A stretch of DNA of 64,000 nucleotides from Octopus sinensis (taxonomy: Eukaryota): positions 13,206,001 through 13,270,000 of the forward strand of contig NC_043020.1 of NCBI RefSeq assembly GCF_006345805.1, read 5' to 3'. Shown piece by piece: positions 38,821 through 50,840 of this stretch (the first letter of the stretch is position 1; the number at the start of each line of letters is the position of its first letter). The translations under genes were made by a program, and so were the position numbers. The notes beneath the pieces were generated by a model that was given only the letters and a program-made list of their open reading frames with translations, did no database searches and was not told the origin of the DNA.

Positions 38821-38893
38821 GGTCACTGCTTAGAATCGAACTCAGAATCTTGGGGTTAGTAGCCCATGCTCTTAACCACTATGCCATATGCCC
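38821..38893 (-). mobile_element. tRNA-derived SINE head (Ser-GCT-like)
   Basis: A box TGGCATAGTGG, GGG-CTACTAA-CCC arm, B box GAGTTCGATTC; acceptor stem does not pair. Confidence 0.75.
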
Positions 38894-38900
38894 ATATAAG

Positions 38901-39068
38901 CGTAACTTCGGTATAGGTACTGGAAGTACTGGATAAATTTGAAGAAAGTGTTTTTTTATATATATGGGGAGTTAGGGTTAGGGTTTGGGAGAAAAGGGTT
39001 TCTGTTATCTTCAGAAATGTAAACAAAGCCACTTCCGGTACTTACGGTACCTATACCGAAGGATTGCC
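38901..39068. mobile_element. MITE with ~27-bp TIRs and internal TTAGGG repeats
   Basis: TTCGGTATAGGTACTGGAAGTACTGGA versus reverse complement TTCGGTATAGGTACCGTAAGTACCGGA. Confidence 0.55.
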
Positions 39069-40255
39069 ACCCGTATAATATAGAACTGAATATTATCATC
39101 TTGGAATTCGTTCTTTAATTTTGATACAACCTGTGGGACACAGACATAACATTAGATTTGTGGCCAATGAAGTACAGACCCAATACATGTAATACTTTGT
39201 GGTATTTAGTTACATCCCTTTGTATTCCATGTTCAGATCCCACCTTCTCCCCAACGACTGGAGCCAATTTCATTGGTCGGTTGCGTTCTTTCCCAAATTT
39301 ATTGTCTCGTAGAAATATTACACTCTAAGTATTTTAAAACGAAACATTTAAAATATTCTTTTGTTAATCTCTATATTTCGTTATCTGAAATTGCTGGTGG
39401 GGAAGGTGGGGGTGGAATCTTGGATTTTTCTTCTTTCTTTTTTTTCCTTTTTTTTTTTTAGTTTTTTTTTTTTTTTGTCTGTTATCAGTAGCCATCGTCT
39501 CTTATTTCAGTGACTACGAAAAATATTTTTGTTGTTCTTCCCCAGAAGAAAACGCTTAAAACACAAGTTGAAAGATGGCTTTGTTAGCGGAACATGAAGA
39601 GAAAATTTAGAAGGATTATTCTGGGACGAAGGAAACCCTAGACTTTTCTGATAGAAATCTAATAACCCCAGTTATGTTCCTTACAAACATTTCTTCATCG
39701 TTAGCTTTCTTTATTTCATTATTTTTTTAACGAACTCTTAACCTTGATTTTTGAGTGTTGTTGTTAAAAACACACTTCTTTTGTAACCGAAGGCATTTTG
39801 TGGATAACAGTAGTGTTTGTCTGGAAACAAATCCAAATTATGTTTTAGAATATTCTAGTGTTTCGGTAAAATATTCTGCTCTGTTGACATCTTCAGCCTA
39901 TGTTTCCCAAAGAATAACCTTTAGTATCACAGTAGCAACGCCACCACTACCAAACCACATTCACCATCGCAACAACTATCACTATCGCTACCATAAGAAA
40001 AACCACCGCCAACAGCGCCATCACAACTACCACCACCACCACCGCTACTAACCTTCATCTCCACCAATACCACCACCACCACCACCATCTCAACAAACCC
40101 CACCCACCCCAACCACCACCACTGCCACCACATGGCAATTCCATACCAGACTGAGAACCATCGGAATGTTTCCTTCTTTGCTTTGTGCATTCTAAGTGTT
40201 TAACCCTGGGCTAACCATGATTCACTTGGTCTGCGATCAAAGACATTCCAGTTAA

Positions 40256-40872
40256 GGTTGACGGAAACTGTGTGGAAGCATGCTGTATGTATATATGTGT
40301 GTGTGTATGTGAGTGTGTATATATATGTGTGAGTGTATATGTGTGTGTATGTGTTTGTATATATATATGTGTGTTTGTGTGTGTATATGTGTATATATAT
40401 ATATGTGTGTTTGTGTGTGTGTATATATATATATATGTGTGTGTGTTTGTGTGTATATATATATATATGTGTGTGTGTTTGTGTGTATATATATATGTGT
40501 GTGTGTTTGTGTGTATATATATATGTGTGTGTGTTTGTGTGTGTATATATATATATATGTGTTTGTGTGTGTGTATGTGTATATATATATGTGTGTTTGT
40601 GTGTGTGTATATATATATATATATGTGTTTGTGTGTATGTGTTTTGGGTGTCACTACTACTATCACTGCTGCTACTGCTTGACAATTTGTGTTGGTTTGT
40701 TTGTGTCTCTTTAACTTAGCAGTTCAGCAAAACAGACTAATGAAATATGTACCAGGCTTAAAAAAAAAACAAAAAAAAAAACATAAGTATTAGGATTGAT
40801 TTGTTTGACTTAAAACCCTTCAAGTGAGTGCTCCAGCATGATCACAATTTAATGACTGAAACAAGTAAAAGA
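40256..40872 (+). mobile_element. Diverged SINE A with expanded internal (TA)n(TG)n (40286-40640)
   Basis: GACGGAAACTG before the tract, CTTGACAA..GACTGAAACAAGTAAAAG after. Confidence 0.75.
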
Positions 40873-41914
40873 CAAAAAATGATATCTTGTATTATGGGGA
40901 ATAGTATACCTAGGAATACTGGGTACAATCTGGGTACTTTGGAAGGTTGGTATTGTTGTGATGGTGGTGGTAATGGAGGGGCAGTGTGTCTGAGAGTGAC
41001 CTCTGGAGGTCACTTCTAATTATTTATTCATGAAATTTATTATTGCTACCCTCCCCCTCTTTCATTATTCCACCTCCCACTCTCTCTTATCCTTCTTTTC
41101 CTTTCTCATTTTCTTTCTTCCTCCTCCTCTCTGTCTCTTCTCCCTCCATCTCTCCTTCCTCCCTCTCCACTGTAAAATAATACAAGATATTCTGAACAGT
41201 CATTTATTGTATGTATATAGCTGAGTGTATATAGCATATCTGTGTGTCTTTCTATTTGTGTGTCTGTGTGTCCGCATGTCATTCAATGAGTATCTATTTG
41301 TAACTGTTTGTATATGCATGCATTTGCGTGCGTGCGTGTGTGTGTGTACGTACATACGTGTATGTATGCATAAATGCATGTGTGTGCATGTGCCCACGCA
41401 CACACATACACACACATGTCCAAGTGTCTTTCCACTTCAATTAATAGTCAAAAAAGTAATTCCAATTTGTCAAAGCCATCACAAGTTCTGCTCTGTTTTT
41501 TATTGATTTCTAACAGAGAGCAAGGGGGAGAGAGAGAGAGAGAGAAAAAAAAAGTAGGAGAAGAGAGTGAGAAAGTGGAGAAATGAAGAGAGAGAGAGAG
41601 GGACAGAGGGACAGAGAGAAAGACAGCAATAAAGCAATAAAAAAAAAAGACTGGTATTTGTCACATGTAATGGTGGCTTCCGCCAATTAGTTTCCTCTCC
41701 TTTTTACGTCAGCAATCGCTAAAACATTATCACAGAACATTAGATTCAAGGTTTGAAGGGGAAATTCCAGAAGTGACCATCTCTAAGAAACATTGTTTCA
41801 ACAGGTCTCCTCTGAACCCAAACTAACATGGAAAAGTAAATGTTAAAGTCATAACGACAAGGATGCGTTTATCTAGGACTACACTGTCTAATGTGTCCTT
41901 GTTCTTTGAACATT

Positions 41915-42300
41915 CATCATCATCATCATCATCATTTAGCGTCCGCTTTCCATGCTAGCATGGGTTGGACGGTTCAACTGGGGTCTGGGAGGCCAGAAGG
42001 CTGCACCAGGCCCAGTCTGATCTGGCAATGTTTCTACGACTGGATGCCCTTTCTAATGCCAACCACTCCGTGAGTGTAGTAGGTGCTTTTTATGTGCCGC
42101 CAGCACAGGTGCCAGACAGGGCTGGCAAACGGCCACGGTCGGATGGTGCTTTTTACGTGCCACTGGCACGGGGGCCAGGCGAGGCTGGCAACGGCCACGA
42201 TCGGATGGTGCTTTTTACATGCCACTGGCACGGGGGCCAGGTGGGGCTGGCAAACGGCCACGATTCGGATGGTGCTTTTTACGTGCCACCGGCACGGGGG
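41915..42300 (-). mobile_element. SINE family C with four tandem units
   Basis: (CAT)n, body, repeated GGTGCTTTTTACGTGCCAC units. Confidence 0.9.
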
Positions 42301-42872
42301 CTAGACAAGAAGGAGTTTTGGTCTTATTTGTAGCAAGTCAAGATGCATCCTACGATATTATTAGCGAAAAAATATATGGAAAAATGGTTTGATGAAAGAA
42401 ATGCAATGAATCATAAAATTTCTCGTAGATCTCATGATCTCTAATGGAATCTTGAGAAAACCATTTCTGTGGAGCAGGAATCCCTGTTGATGCAATTCTT
42501 GTAAGAAAATCTGACTGAGAAATCTGGGAGAACCTATTGGCCCCTTTTTGCTTTGTTGTTTACTCTTAGAAATACATAATTCTAAAACTGAATGTTTCCA
42601 AGAATAATAACTTCTTGGTTCTGTGTGTCTTGTTTAACGTCTCCCAGGAACCGTTTTTTAGCTTTAACATCATGCTATCAGGAAATCTCATGCTGTCTTT
42701 GACTTCAAAGAACAAACTGAAGTGTTTACAGAACGTGAATGTATATTTTGCAAATCTTAGATGGAATCTCTTTACCATTTTGTAACAACGTCATTCTGGA
42801 ACTATCCTTACATTGGTAAACACACCAATCACAGCTCTGGAATATATTTCATCGCCAGCAGAGTTTGTAGCA

Positions 42873-43617
42873 GCATCATTATCACCATCATCATCACCAT
42901 CATCATCATCATCATCATCATCATCACCACCATCATCATCACCACTATCATCATCACTACTATCATCATCACCACCACCATCATCATCACCACCATCATC
43001 ATCATCACCACCATTATCATCACTACTATCATCATCACTACTATCATCATCACCATCATCATCATCACCATCATCACCACCATCATCATCACCACCATCA
43101 TCATCACCACCATCATCATCATCACCACCATCATCATTACCACCACCATCATCATCATCATCATCACCACCATCATCACCACCATCATCATCACCACTAC
43201 CATCATCATCACCATCATCATCATCACCACCACCATCATCATCATCATCATCATCATCACCACCATCATCATCACCATCATCATCACCATCACCATCATC
43301 ATCACCATCATCATCATCACCACCACCATCATCATCACCATCATCATCATCATCACCACCATCATCATCACCACTACCATCATCATCACCACCATCATCA
43401 TCATTACCACCATCATCATCATCACCACCATCATCATCATTACCACCATCATCATCATTACCACCGTCATCATCATCACCACCATCATCATCATTACCAC
43501 CGTCATCATCATTACCACCGTCATCATCATCACCACCATCATCATCAACACCATCTTCATCATCACCATCACCATCTTCATTGTAATTACCACCACCATC
43601 ATCATCGTCATCATCAT
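42873..43617. repeat. ~745-bp (CAT/CAC)n trinucleotide tract
   Basis: Direct inspection. Confidence 0.97.
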
Positions 43618-43717
43618 TGTAATAGAATGAAACAAAGTACTTTTTACCACCTCACACCACCATTTGTCTTCTGAATTCTAGTTTACGGTAAACGTCTTGA
43701 GATGAATAACAGAGATA

Positions 43718-43920
43718 AGGTGCAGGTGTGGCTGTGTGGTAAGAATCTTGCTTCCCAACCACATGGTTCTGGGTTCAGTACCATTGTGTGGCACGGTGGG
43801 CAATTCTCCTTTACTATAGCCCCAGGCCGACCAAAGCCTTGTGAGCAGATATGGTAGACAGAAACTGAAAGAAGCCTCTTTGTGTGTGTATGCCTGTGTG
43901 TGTGTGTGTGCGTGCACACG
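43718..43920 (+). mobile_element. SINE family A head, diverged
   Basis: GTGTGGCTGTGTGGTAAG..GACCAAAGCCTTGTGAG. Confidence 0.8.
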
Positions 43921-44194
43921 CGCATCTACACATATAAATATATATACATTTACTCATTTTGGTTGAAATGAATACATGCTGTTATGTATATATAATCATC
44001 ATTTAACAACCATTTTCCATGCTAGCATGGAGTGGATGATATGACAGATTCTTGCAAGACAGGTAGCCAAGATGAAGATCATAACTAAAACATGTTTCTT
44101 CTTCACAAGTTAACCAGATCAGTGCTGTCCTGAGTTAAACACCACTACTAACTACACCAATAACATCACACAAAAGAGGGATCCATATTATTTA

Positions 44195-44508
44195 TTGTTG
44201 AAATTCGTTGCCCTTTTCAAGCCTAGTCAGGCTCATGGGCCCGGTTTTCTGTGGCGTATATGTTCGCCCCAGCTGGACAGGATGCCAGTCCATCGCAGCG
44301 TTACTTAAGAAACAGGAAGAGAGAGTGAGAGAAAGTTGGGGCGAAAGAGTACAACAGGGGTCACCACCAACCCTGCCAGAGCCTTGTGGAGCTTTTAGGT
44401 GTTTTCACTCAATAAACACACACAATGTCTGGTCTGGTCTGGGAATCGAAACCGCGATCCTCCGATCGCGAGTCTGCTGCCCTAACCACTGGGCCATTGT
44501 GCCTCCAC
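44195..44508 (-). mobile_element. SINE family D with V-domain-like tail
   Basis: tRNA-like head; minus strand contains CTGCGATGGACTGGCATCCTGTCCAG. Confidence 0.85.
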
Positions 44509-44889
44509 TATTGGTGAAATTAGCTAATAAATATTAAGTTTAAAAAGAAAGATATTTAAACTATTGCTGCATTTTCTAGCAGGGTCGAATGACCTCATAG
44601 GGAAGGGCTCCCTTGTTAGCTCAGCTATGACATAGAGAGGAACTAGGAAGGGCGAGTTTTAATTGTCAACTGACTGAAATAACCACAGGGGTCGGTGGTG
44701 GTTGATTGAGGGGTGTGGGGCTGTGATTGGAGTTGGGGGTGTGAGTCCAGTTGTCAAGAGAACTTTCCTGGAGATGGTGGTGAGGAGGAGAGGGAGTGGA
44801 ACCCGTGAAGAGGACTTAATTAAACTGCTTTGTCTTGTTTGTTATAGAGTGGCAAAAATATTAAAAATGATAAATCACTTTCCTCAAAG

Positions 44890-45103
44890 TCATATGCACA
44901 CGCACACACACACACATAGATACACATACAAACATGCACACACACACACCACATGCAGACATTTAGATATGCCTGCACATACATACACATATACAGCTAT
45001 GCACACATATATACACACATAGTTATGCACATAGATGTATACTATGTGTATACACACATATATATATACAAATACACTCACACAGATATACATACACTTG
45101 TAT

Positions 45104-45137
<34 letters not shown>

Positions 45138-45202
45138 TCACAACATACACACATATACAAATACACTCATACATATACATAAACTAAGGCACTCACTTGT
45201 AT

Positions 45203-45233
<31 letters not shown>

Positions 45234-45495
45234 CACAAATACACTCACACAGATATACATACACTTGTATACACACACACATACAAATACACTCATACAT
45301 ATACATAAACTAAGGCACACACTTGTATACACACACACACACACACATATATATATACAAATACACTCACACAGATATACATACACTTGTATACACACAC
45401 ACACACACACATATATATATACACAACATACACACACACCTATACATAAACTAAGGCACACACTTGTATACACTCACACACACACACACACACAC
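44890..45495. repeat. (CA)/(TA) compound minisatellite
   Basis: Direct inspection. Confidence 0.9.
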
Positions 45496-46268
45496 CCTGC
45501 AGTCCTGTCTCCGAAGTTATTAGTTTTTGTGAAATGAAACAAAAAACAAACAAAAAACAAACAAAAAAAAAATGGAAATGTTCCAGTTGTTATAGAATTT
45601 CTGATGTTTGCATTACTTCATGTGATTTGACAATTGTCTTGGAGAACCACCATTCCAGTTGACTGTTCCAGAAACATGGTTCCACACAACTCACACTATG
45701 CACTTTCGCTAGTAGTAGCAGTAGTAGTAGTAGCACAGAGCCGGTAGGAACTTGGGCTTCACTGAGCAATATATTTTACCGAGATGTTGTTATTGTTCTT
45801 GCCATGGTTGTTGAAAATGACTTTTATTTCCCCCCCCCCCGTTGTCTGTCATTGATTCCTGGAAGTACCACCACGACCACCACCGTTCAAACCGTTTTTG
45901 CTACCAATTCTATTGTGAACTAACTTGGACGACCATTGTTTGAAGACAGCCAGAAGCATCAGCTGTGATAGAACAAAGAGAAATTTGGGAGAGAGAGAGA
46001 GAAAAAAAATCACTTGATGTGTGCAAAGGAAGTATGGAAATAATAGCAATGTGTGCATAGTAATGTTATGTTGTTGTTGTTGTTGTTGTTGTTGTTGTGA
46101 TCAGTCGGTGGAAGAAATAATTCCATGCTTTCATCCCTCAAACTTAAAACAGCTTCAGAATTTCTAGGAAGTCGTTGCTTTCCTGTCTATTCTCTTACAA
46201 TAAAGACAGATAAAATAGTACAGGTATCAGTGATATACTGGGGGTAAATAGTCATACTGAATATATAT

Positions 46269-46680
46269 CAGGAGTGGCTGTGTGGTAAGTAGCTTGTTTA
46301 CCAACCACATGGTTCCGGGTTCAGTCCCACTGCGTGGCATCTTGGGCAAGTGTCTTCTGCTATAGCTCCGGGCCGACCAATGCCTTGTGAGTGGATTTGG
46401 TAGATGGAAACTGAAAGAAGCCTGTCGTATATATGTATATATATATATATGTGTGTGTGTATGTGTTTGTGTGTCTGTGTTTGTCCCCCTAGCATTGCTT
46501 GACAACCGATGCTGGTGTGTTTATGTCCCCGCTACTTAGCGGTTCGGCAAAAGATACCGTTAAAATAAGTACTGGGCTTACAAAAGAATAAGTCCTGGGG
46601 TCGATTTGCTCGATTAAAGGCAGTGCTTCAGCATGGCCACAGTCAAATGACTGAAACAAGTAAAAGAGTAAAAAGAGAGT
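46269..46680 (+). mobile_element. SINE family A
   Basis: Full-length match. Confidence 0.92.
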
Positions 46681-46925
46681 ATATATATATATGTGTGTGT
46701 GTGTATGTGTAAATATTAAGCAAATGTACATGAATTACAATCATTGCTAGAAATAGCAGCCAGTAAGTTATCTCTGCTTGTGAACATTCTGTGAAGCTCT
46801 ACATACTGCCGATAACCTACCGGCTGCTATTTCTAGCAATGATTGTACGTCATGTACATTCGCTTTGTATCTATAATTCTATTATTTTAAATAATATTTA
46901 TATCTCTTGTATGTATATATATATA

Positions 46926-47895
46926 TCATCATCATCATCATCATCATCATTTAACGTCCGCTTTCCATGCTAGCATGGGTTGGACGGTTCAACTGGGGTC
47001 TGGGGAGCCCGAAAGCTGCACCAGTCCAGTCAGATCTGGCAGTGTTTCTACAGCTGGATGCCCTTCCTAACGCCAACCACTCCGAGAGTGTAGTGGGTGA
47101 TTTTATGTGCCACCGACACAGGTGCCAGACGAGGCTGGCAAACGGCCACGCTCGGATGGTGTTTTTTATGTGCCACCGACACAGGTGCCAGACGAGGCTG
47201 GCAGACGGCCACGCTCGGATGGTGTTTTTTATGTGCCACCGACACAGGTGCCAGACGAGGCTGGCAAACGGCCACGATCGGATGGTGCTTGTTACGTGCC
47301 CACAGCACGGAGGCCAGTCGATGCGGTACTGGCTACGGCCACGTTCGGATGGTTTTCTTGTGTGCCACGTGCCACCGGCACTGGTACCACAAAGATACAA
47401 ATTCCATTGATGTTCATCTATTTTGATTTGTTTTGATTTGATTTTCACTTGCCTCAACAGGTCTTCACAAGTGTCACAAGAAGGAAGGTATGCACAGGTG
47501 GACTGACTACGTCCCAGGTAGGGGCCATGGGTTATGGCCTGACTAGTCTTGCCGGGTCTTCGGATGGTGTTTTTTATGTGCCACCGACACAGGTGCTAGA
47601 TGAGGCTGGCGAACGGCCACAATCGGATGGTGTTTGTCATGTGCCCACCGCACTGACTACAGCACTGATGGATTTCTTGTGTGCCACAGGCACTGGTACC
47701 ACAAGATACAAATTCCATTGATGTTCATCTATTTTGTCTATTTTGATTTGATTTGATTTGATTTGATTTTCACTTGCCTCAACCGGTCTTCACAAGTGTC
47801 ACAAGAAGGAAGGTATGCACAGGTGGACTGACTAGTCTTGCCGGGTCTTCGGAAGGTGTTTTTATGTGCCACCGACACAGGTGCCAGATGAGGCT
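46926..47895 (-). mobile_element. Long SINE family C derivative with unit array and ~312-bp higher-order duplication
   Basis: 62-bp units at 47100-47290; GGCACTGGTACCAC at 47378 and 47690. Confidence 0.8.
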
Positions 47896-47985
47896 ACACA
47901 ACTAATGTAGGATGAAATTTTTTCGAAAAAAGTTTTTATCAATGGCCAGCATATCAAAAAATATCGTGAAAGGTTAAATTTATAA

Positions 47986-48163
47986 ATAACTTATAAAATA
48001 AGGGCAAAAGAAAAATTCTAATGCCAAACATGCCAAAAAAAGACAAATTGTCAATAACCATTTTAATTTCGAGACGCATAAATTATAATGGTTATTGACA
48101 ATTTGTCTTTTTTTGGCATGTTTGGCATTAGAATTTTTCTTTTGCCCATATTTTATAAGTTAT
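47986..48163. repeat. 77-bp near-perfect inverted repeat, 24-nt spacer
   Basis: 47986-48062 versus 48087-48163, one mismatch. Confidence 0.92.
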
Positions 48164-48701
48164 ACATATATATATATATATATATAATATATATATAATT
48201 ATCCTCATCATTTAAAGTCCACCTTCCATGCTCGCATGGGTATATATACACATGTATCACCAAAAATTTGTTTAAAGGTACATATATTCCTGATGGTTAT
48301 CATGTTTTCTCTTAAATCAGTTTCAAATGCCGGCTAACCACAACGGTCCTTTAGTGATACTGAAGTTAACAATAAACTGCTAGACTCTCGTAATTATTCC
48401 TGGTTGGTAAATCTGAATGCCCCATTCCTGACTGCATAGTTTCTTTAGAGTGAGTAATAGTTTTCCTTATCATTATCAATACTATCATCATCGTTTAACA
48501 TCCTCCTTCCATGCTGGATATATATATATATATATATATATAGTTCCAACATGGAAGGAGGACATTAAACTTTACATGTAGCATGTCTTCACATGGTTTT
48601 TTTGTGTTCTTCGTTTTTTTGAGGACTTTATGAACACTCATATATTGTCTTCAACAGGAGAGTCCATCATGTGTATGTGTATGTATATATATGTATGTAT
48701 G

Positions 48702-48757
<56 letters not shown>

Positions 48758-48824
48758 TGTATATATACGTTTAAATATTTGTTGTGCAAGATTTTTTATG
48801 TGAAGTCGTGTGTTGAAACAGATG

Positions 48825-49087
48825 TTGTTATATTTCGGAATGGTCATTTTGCCAGTTTAGCCAATAAAAACACAAAATGGCTGACGGTTAGTAAGGAGAG
48901 ACACAAATAAGTAAGAAGAAAACAAAGGACAACTGATGCGGTCACAGGAGTGTGAAGAAAGAACTCTGGCCGAAATAAGATTAAGATTAATGTAAAAAAT
49001 AAATAACACTGAATATATACACCAAATATATAGTGCGTGTGTTTTTATTGGCTAAACTGGCAAAATGACCATTCCGAAATATAACAA
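48825..49087. repeat. 49-bp perfect inverted repeat, 165-nt spacer
   Basis: 48825-48873 versus 49039-49087. Confidence 0.92.
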
Positions 49088-49096
49088 TATGTATAT

Positions 49097-49142
<46 letters not shown>

Positions 49143-49143
<1 letters not shown>

Positions 49144-49466
49144 TAGCACTATGACCTGGCAACGCCGGGTCATAGTGCTAGTGCATGCATATACAGCTGT
49201 GTGCATGCGCACATGCACGCGAGTACTGTCCAAATCTCCGACCAATCACATACAGCTAGTTGGCATTCAATTGACGTATAAAGTTTCGGGCATTTTGATT
49301 GGGTTTTGGATAGAAAATTCACAAAAAAGTCATTTCTATTTATTTTTTAATGGCTTTGCGGGGTGACTGGGGATATGTAAAGATGTGCACGACCACCCTT
49401 GGATGGTTTTGAATGACCATAGAAAGTGCGAGCCCTCTAACTGAAAAATTGTGGATTTGTATAACG

Positions 49467-49522
<56 letters not shown>

Positions 49523-49544
49523 TTTTGCCATTTATATATGTAGA
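49143..49544 (-). mobile_element. Non-autonomous Helitron
   Basis: Minus-strand 5' TCTACATATATAAA, 3' palindrome ending CTAG|T. Confidence 0.8.
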
Positions 49545-49780
49545 TATATATATATTATTTATTTAAAGGTCACAATACATATATTAAAACACTACTAATA
49601 GTTTCCTATGCTGAGAGACCTCAAACATATTCTTCAGGCACAAACCACATATAACGAAGTAAAGAAATTGAATAATAGAAGAAATATGATAAAACTGAGT
49701 AGGCAACATATAATATCACTTACCAGATGAAGTACTTTTTTTATTGAATTTTCTATCGCCAAGCAGTACATTTTATATAT

Positions 49781-50140
49781 GGAAGCACTCCGTCGGTTAC
49801 GAATCAACGGAACAGCCTGCTCGTGAAATTAACGTTTAAGTGGCTTAGCATTCCACAGACACGTGTACCCTTAACGTAGTTCTCGGGGATATTCAGCGTG
49901 ACACAGAGAGTGACAACGCCGGCCCTTTGAAATACAGGTACAACAGAAACAGGAAGTAAGAGTGAGAGAAAGTTGTGGTGAAAGAGTACAGCAGGGATCA
50001 CCACCATCCCCTGCCGGAGCCTCGTGGGGCTTTAGGTGTTTTCGCTCAATAAACACTCACAACGCCCGGTCTGGGAATCGAAACCGCGATCCTATGACTG
50101 CGAGTCCGCTGCCCTAACCACTGGGTCATTGCACCTCCAC
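49781..50140 (-). mobile_element. SINE family D
   Basis: tRNA-like head; tail shared with the 33747 copy. Confidence 0.88.
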
Positions 50141-50442
50141 ACATTTTATATATATGTATATATGAGTATATATATATATATGTATGTATGTATACACGCA
50201 CATATACCTTTTCAACTTATGGAACCGCCCCAACACATATTCTCTCTCTTGTTTGTCTGTCTGGCTCTCTCTCTTTCTCTTGTCTTTCTTTTTCTCTCTT
50301 TTTTTCCCCTTATCCCTTTCTGTTGAAGAACCTAAGTTTAAAACCTCGAAGACATTTCCACTTTTCTTGAGTGCCAAACTAATACACCTGCTTGTTGTTC
50401 CTTCACCTGTCTCTCTTTTGTTATTTGAAATATATATATATA

Positions 50443-50840
50443 CTAGCAGTATCACCCGGTGTTGCTCGGGTTTGTAAGGGAAATAACTATATAAGCATTT
50501 TTAGAGAGTTATAGCCAAAAAATAGCAAAAAAATGCATTAAGAATGGGAAAAAAATGATGGTAAATTTTTTTTAAATCGTTGACACACCGTAGACATTTT
50601 TAGAGAGTTACTTCCCTTATATAATAACGAAAAAATGCATTAAAATGGAAAAAAATTATGGTAAATTTTTTTTTTAAATCGTAGACTCATCGTAGACGCG
50701 CGCTAATACCCAGAAGGGCTCGATATGAATCATGACTATAAGATACCCGGTTTTGGTTAAACTGCACCGCAAAATGTGGGAGTAGTTAGGAATCTAAATC
50801 GTAGGAGACAGACACACAACTTCACTTTTATATATAAAGA
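50443..50840 (-). mobile_element. Non-autonomous Helitron
   Basis: Minus-strand 5' TCTTTATATATAAAA, 3' CCCGAGCAACACCGGG hairpin then CTAG|T. Confidence 0.8.

Noticed and set aside
38970-38990. Telomere
   Set aside because: Only two TTAGGG units, internal to a MITE
38990-39015. CTGAAGA..GAAAC motif on the minus strand (also CTGAAGA near 36020 and 58230)
   Set aside because: No stem II and/or no GAAA in register; not hammerheads
42761-43650. Ser/Pro-, Ile/Thr- and Met-rich ORFs of 257-289 aa
   Set aside because: Translations of a (CAT/CAC)n tract; no flanking coding context or splice evidence
47100-47400. CRISPR-like appearance of SINE C unit arrays (and of the 152-bp and 33-bp repeats)
   Set aside because: No unique spacers, no cas genes, eukaryotic context
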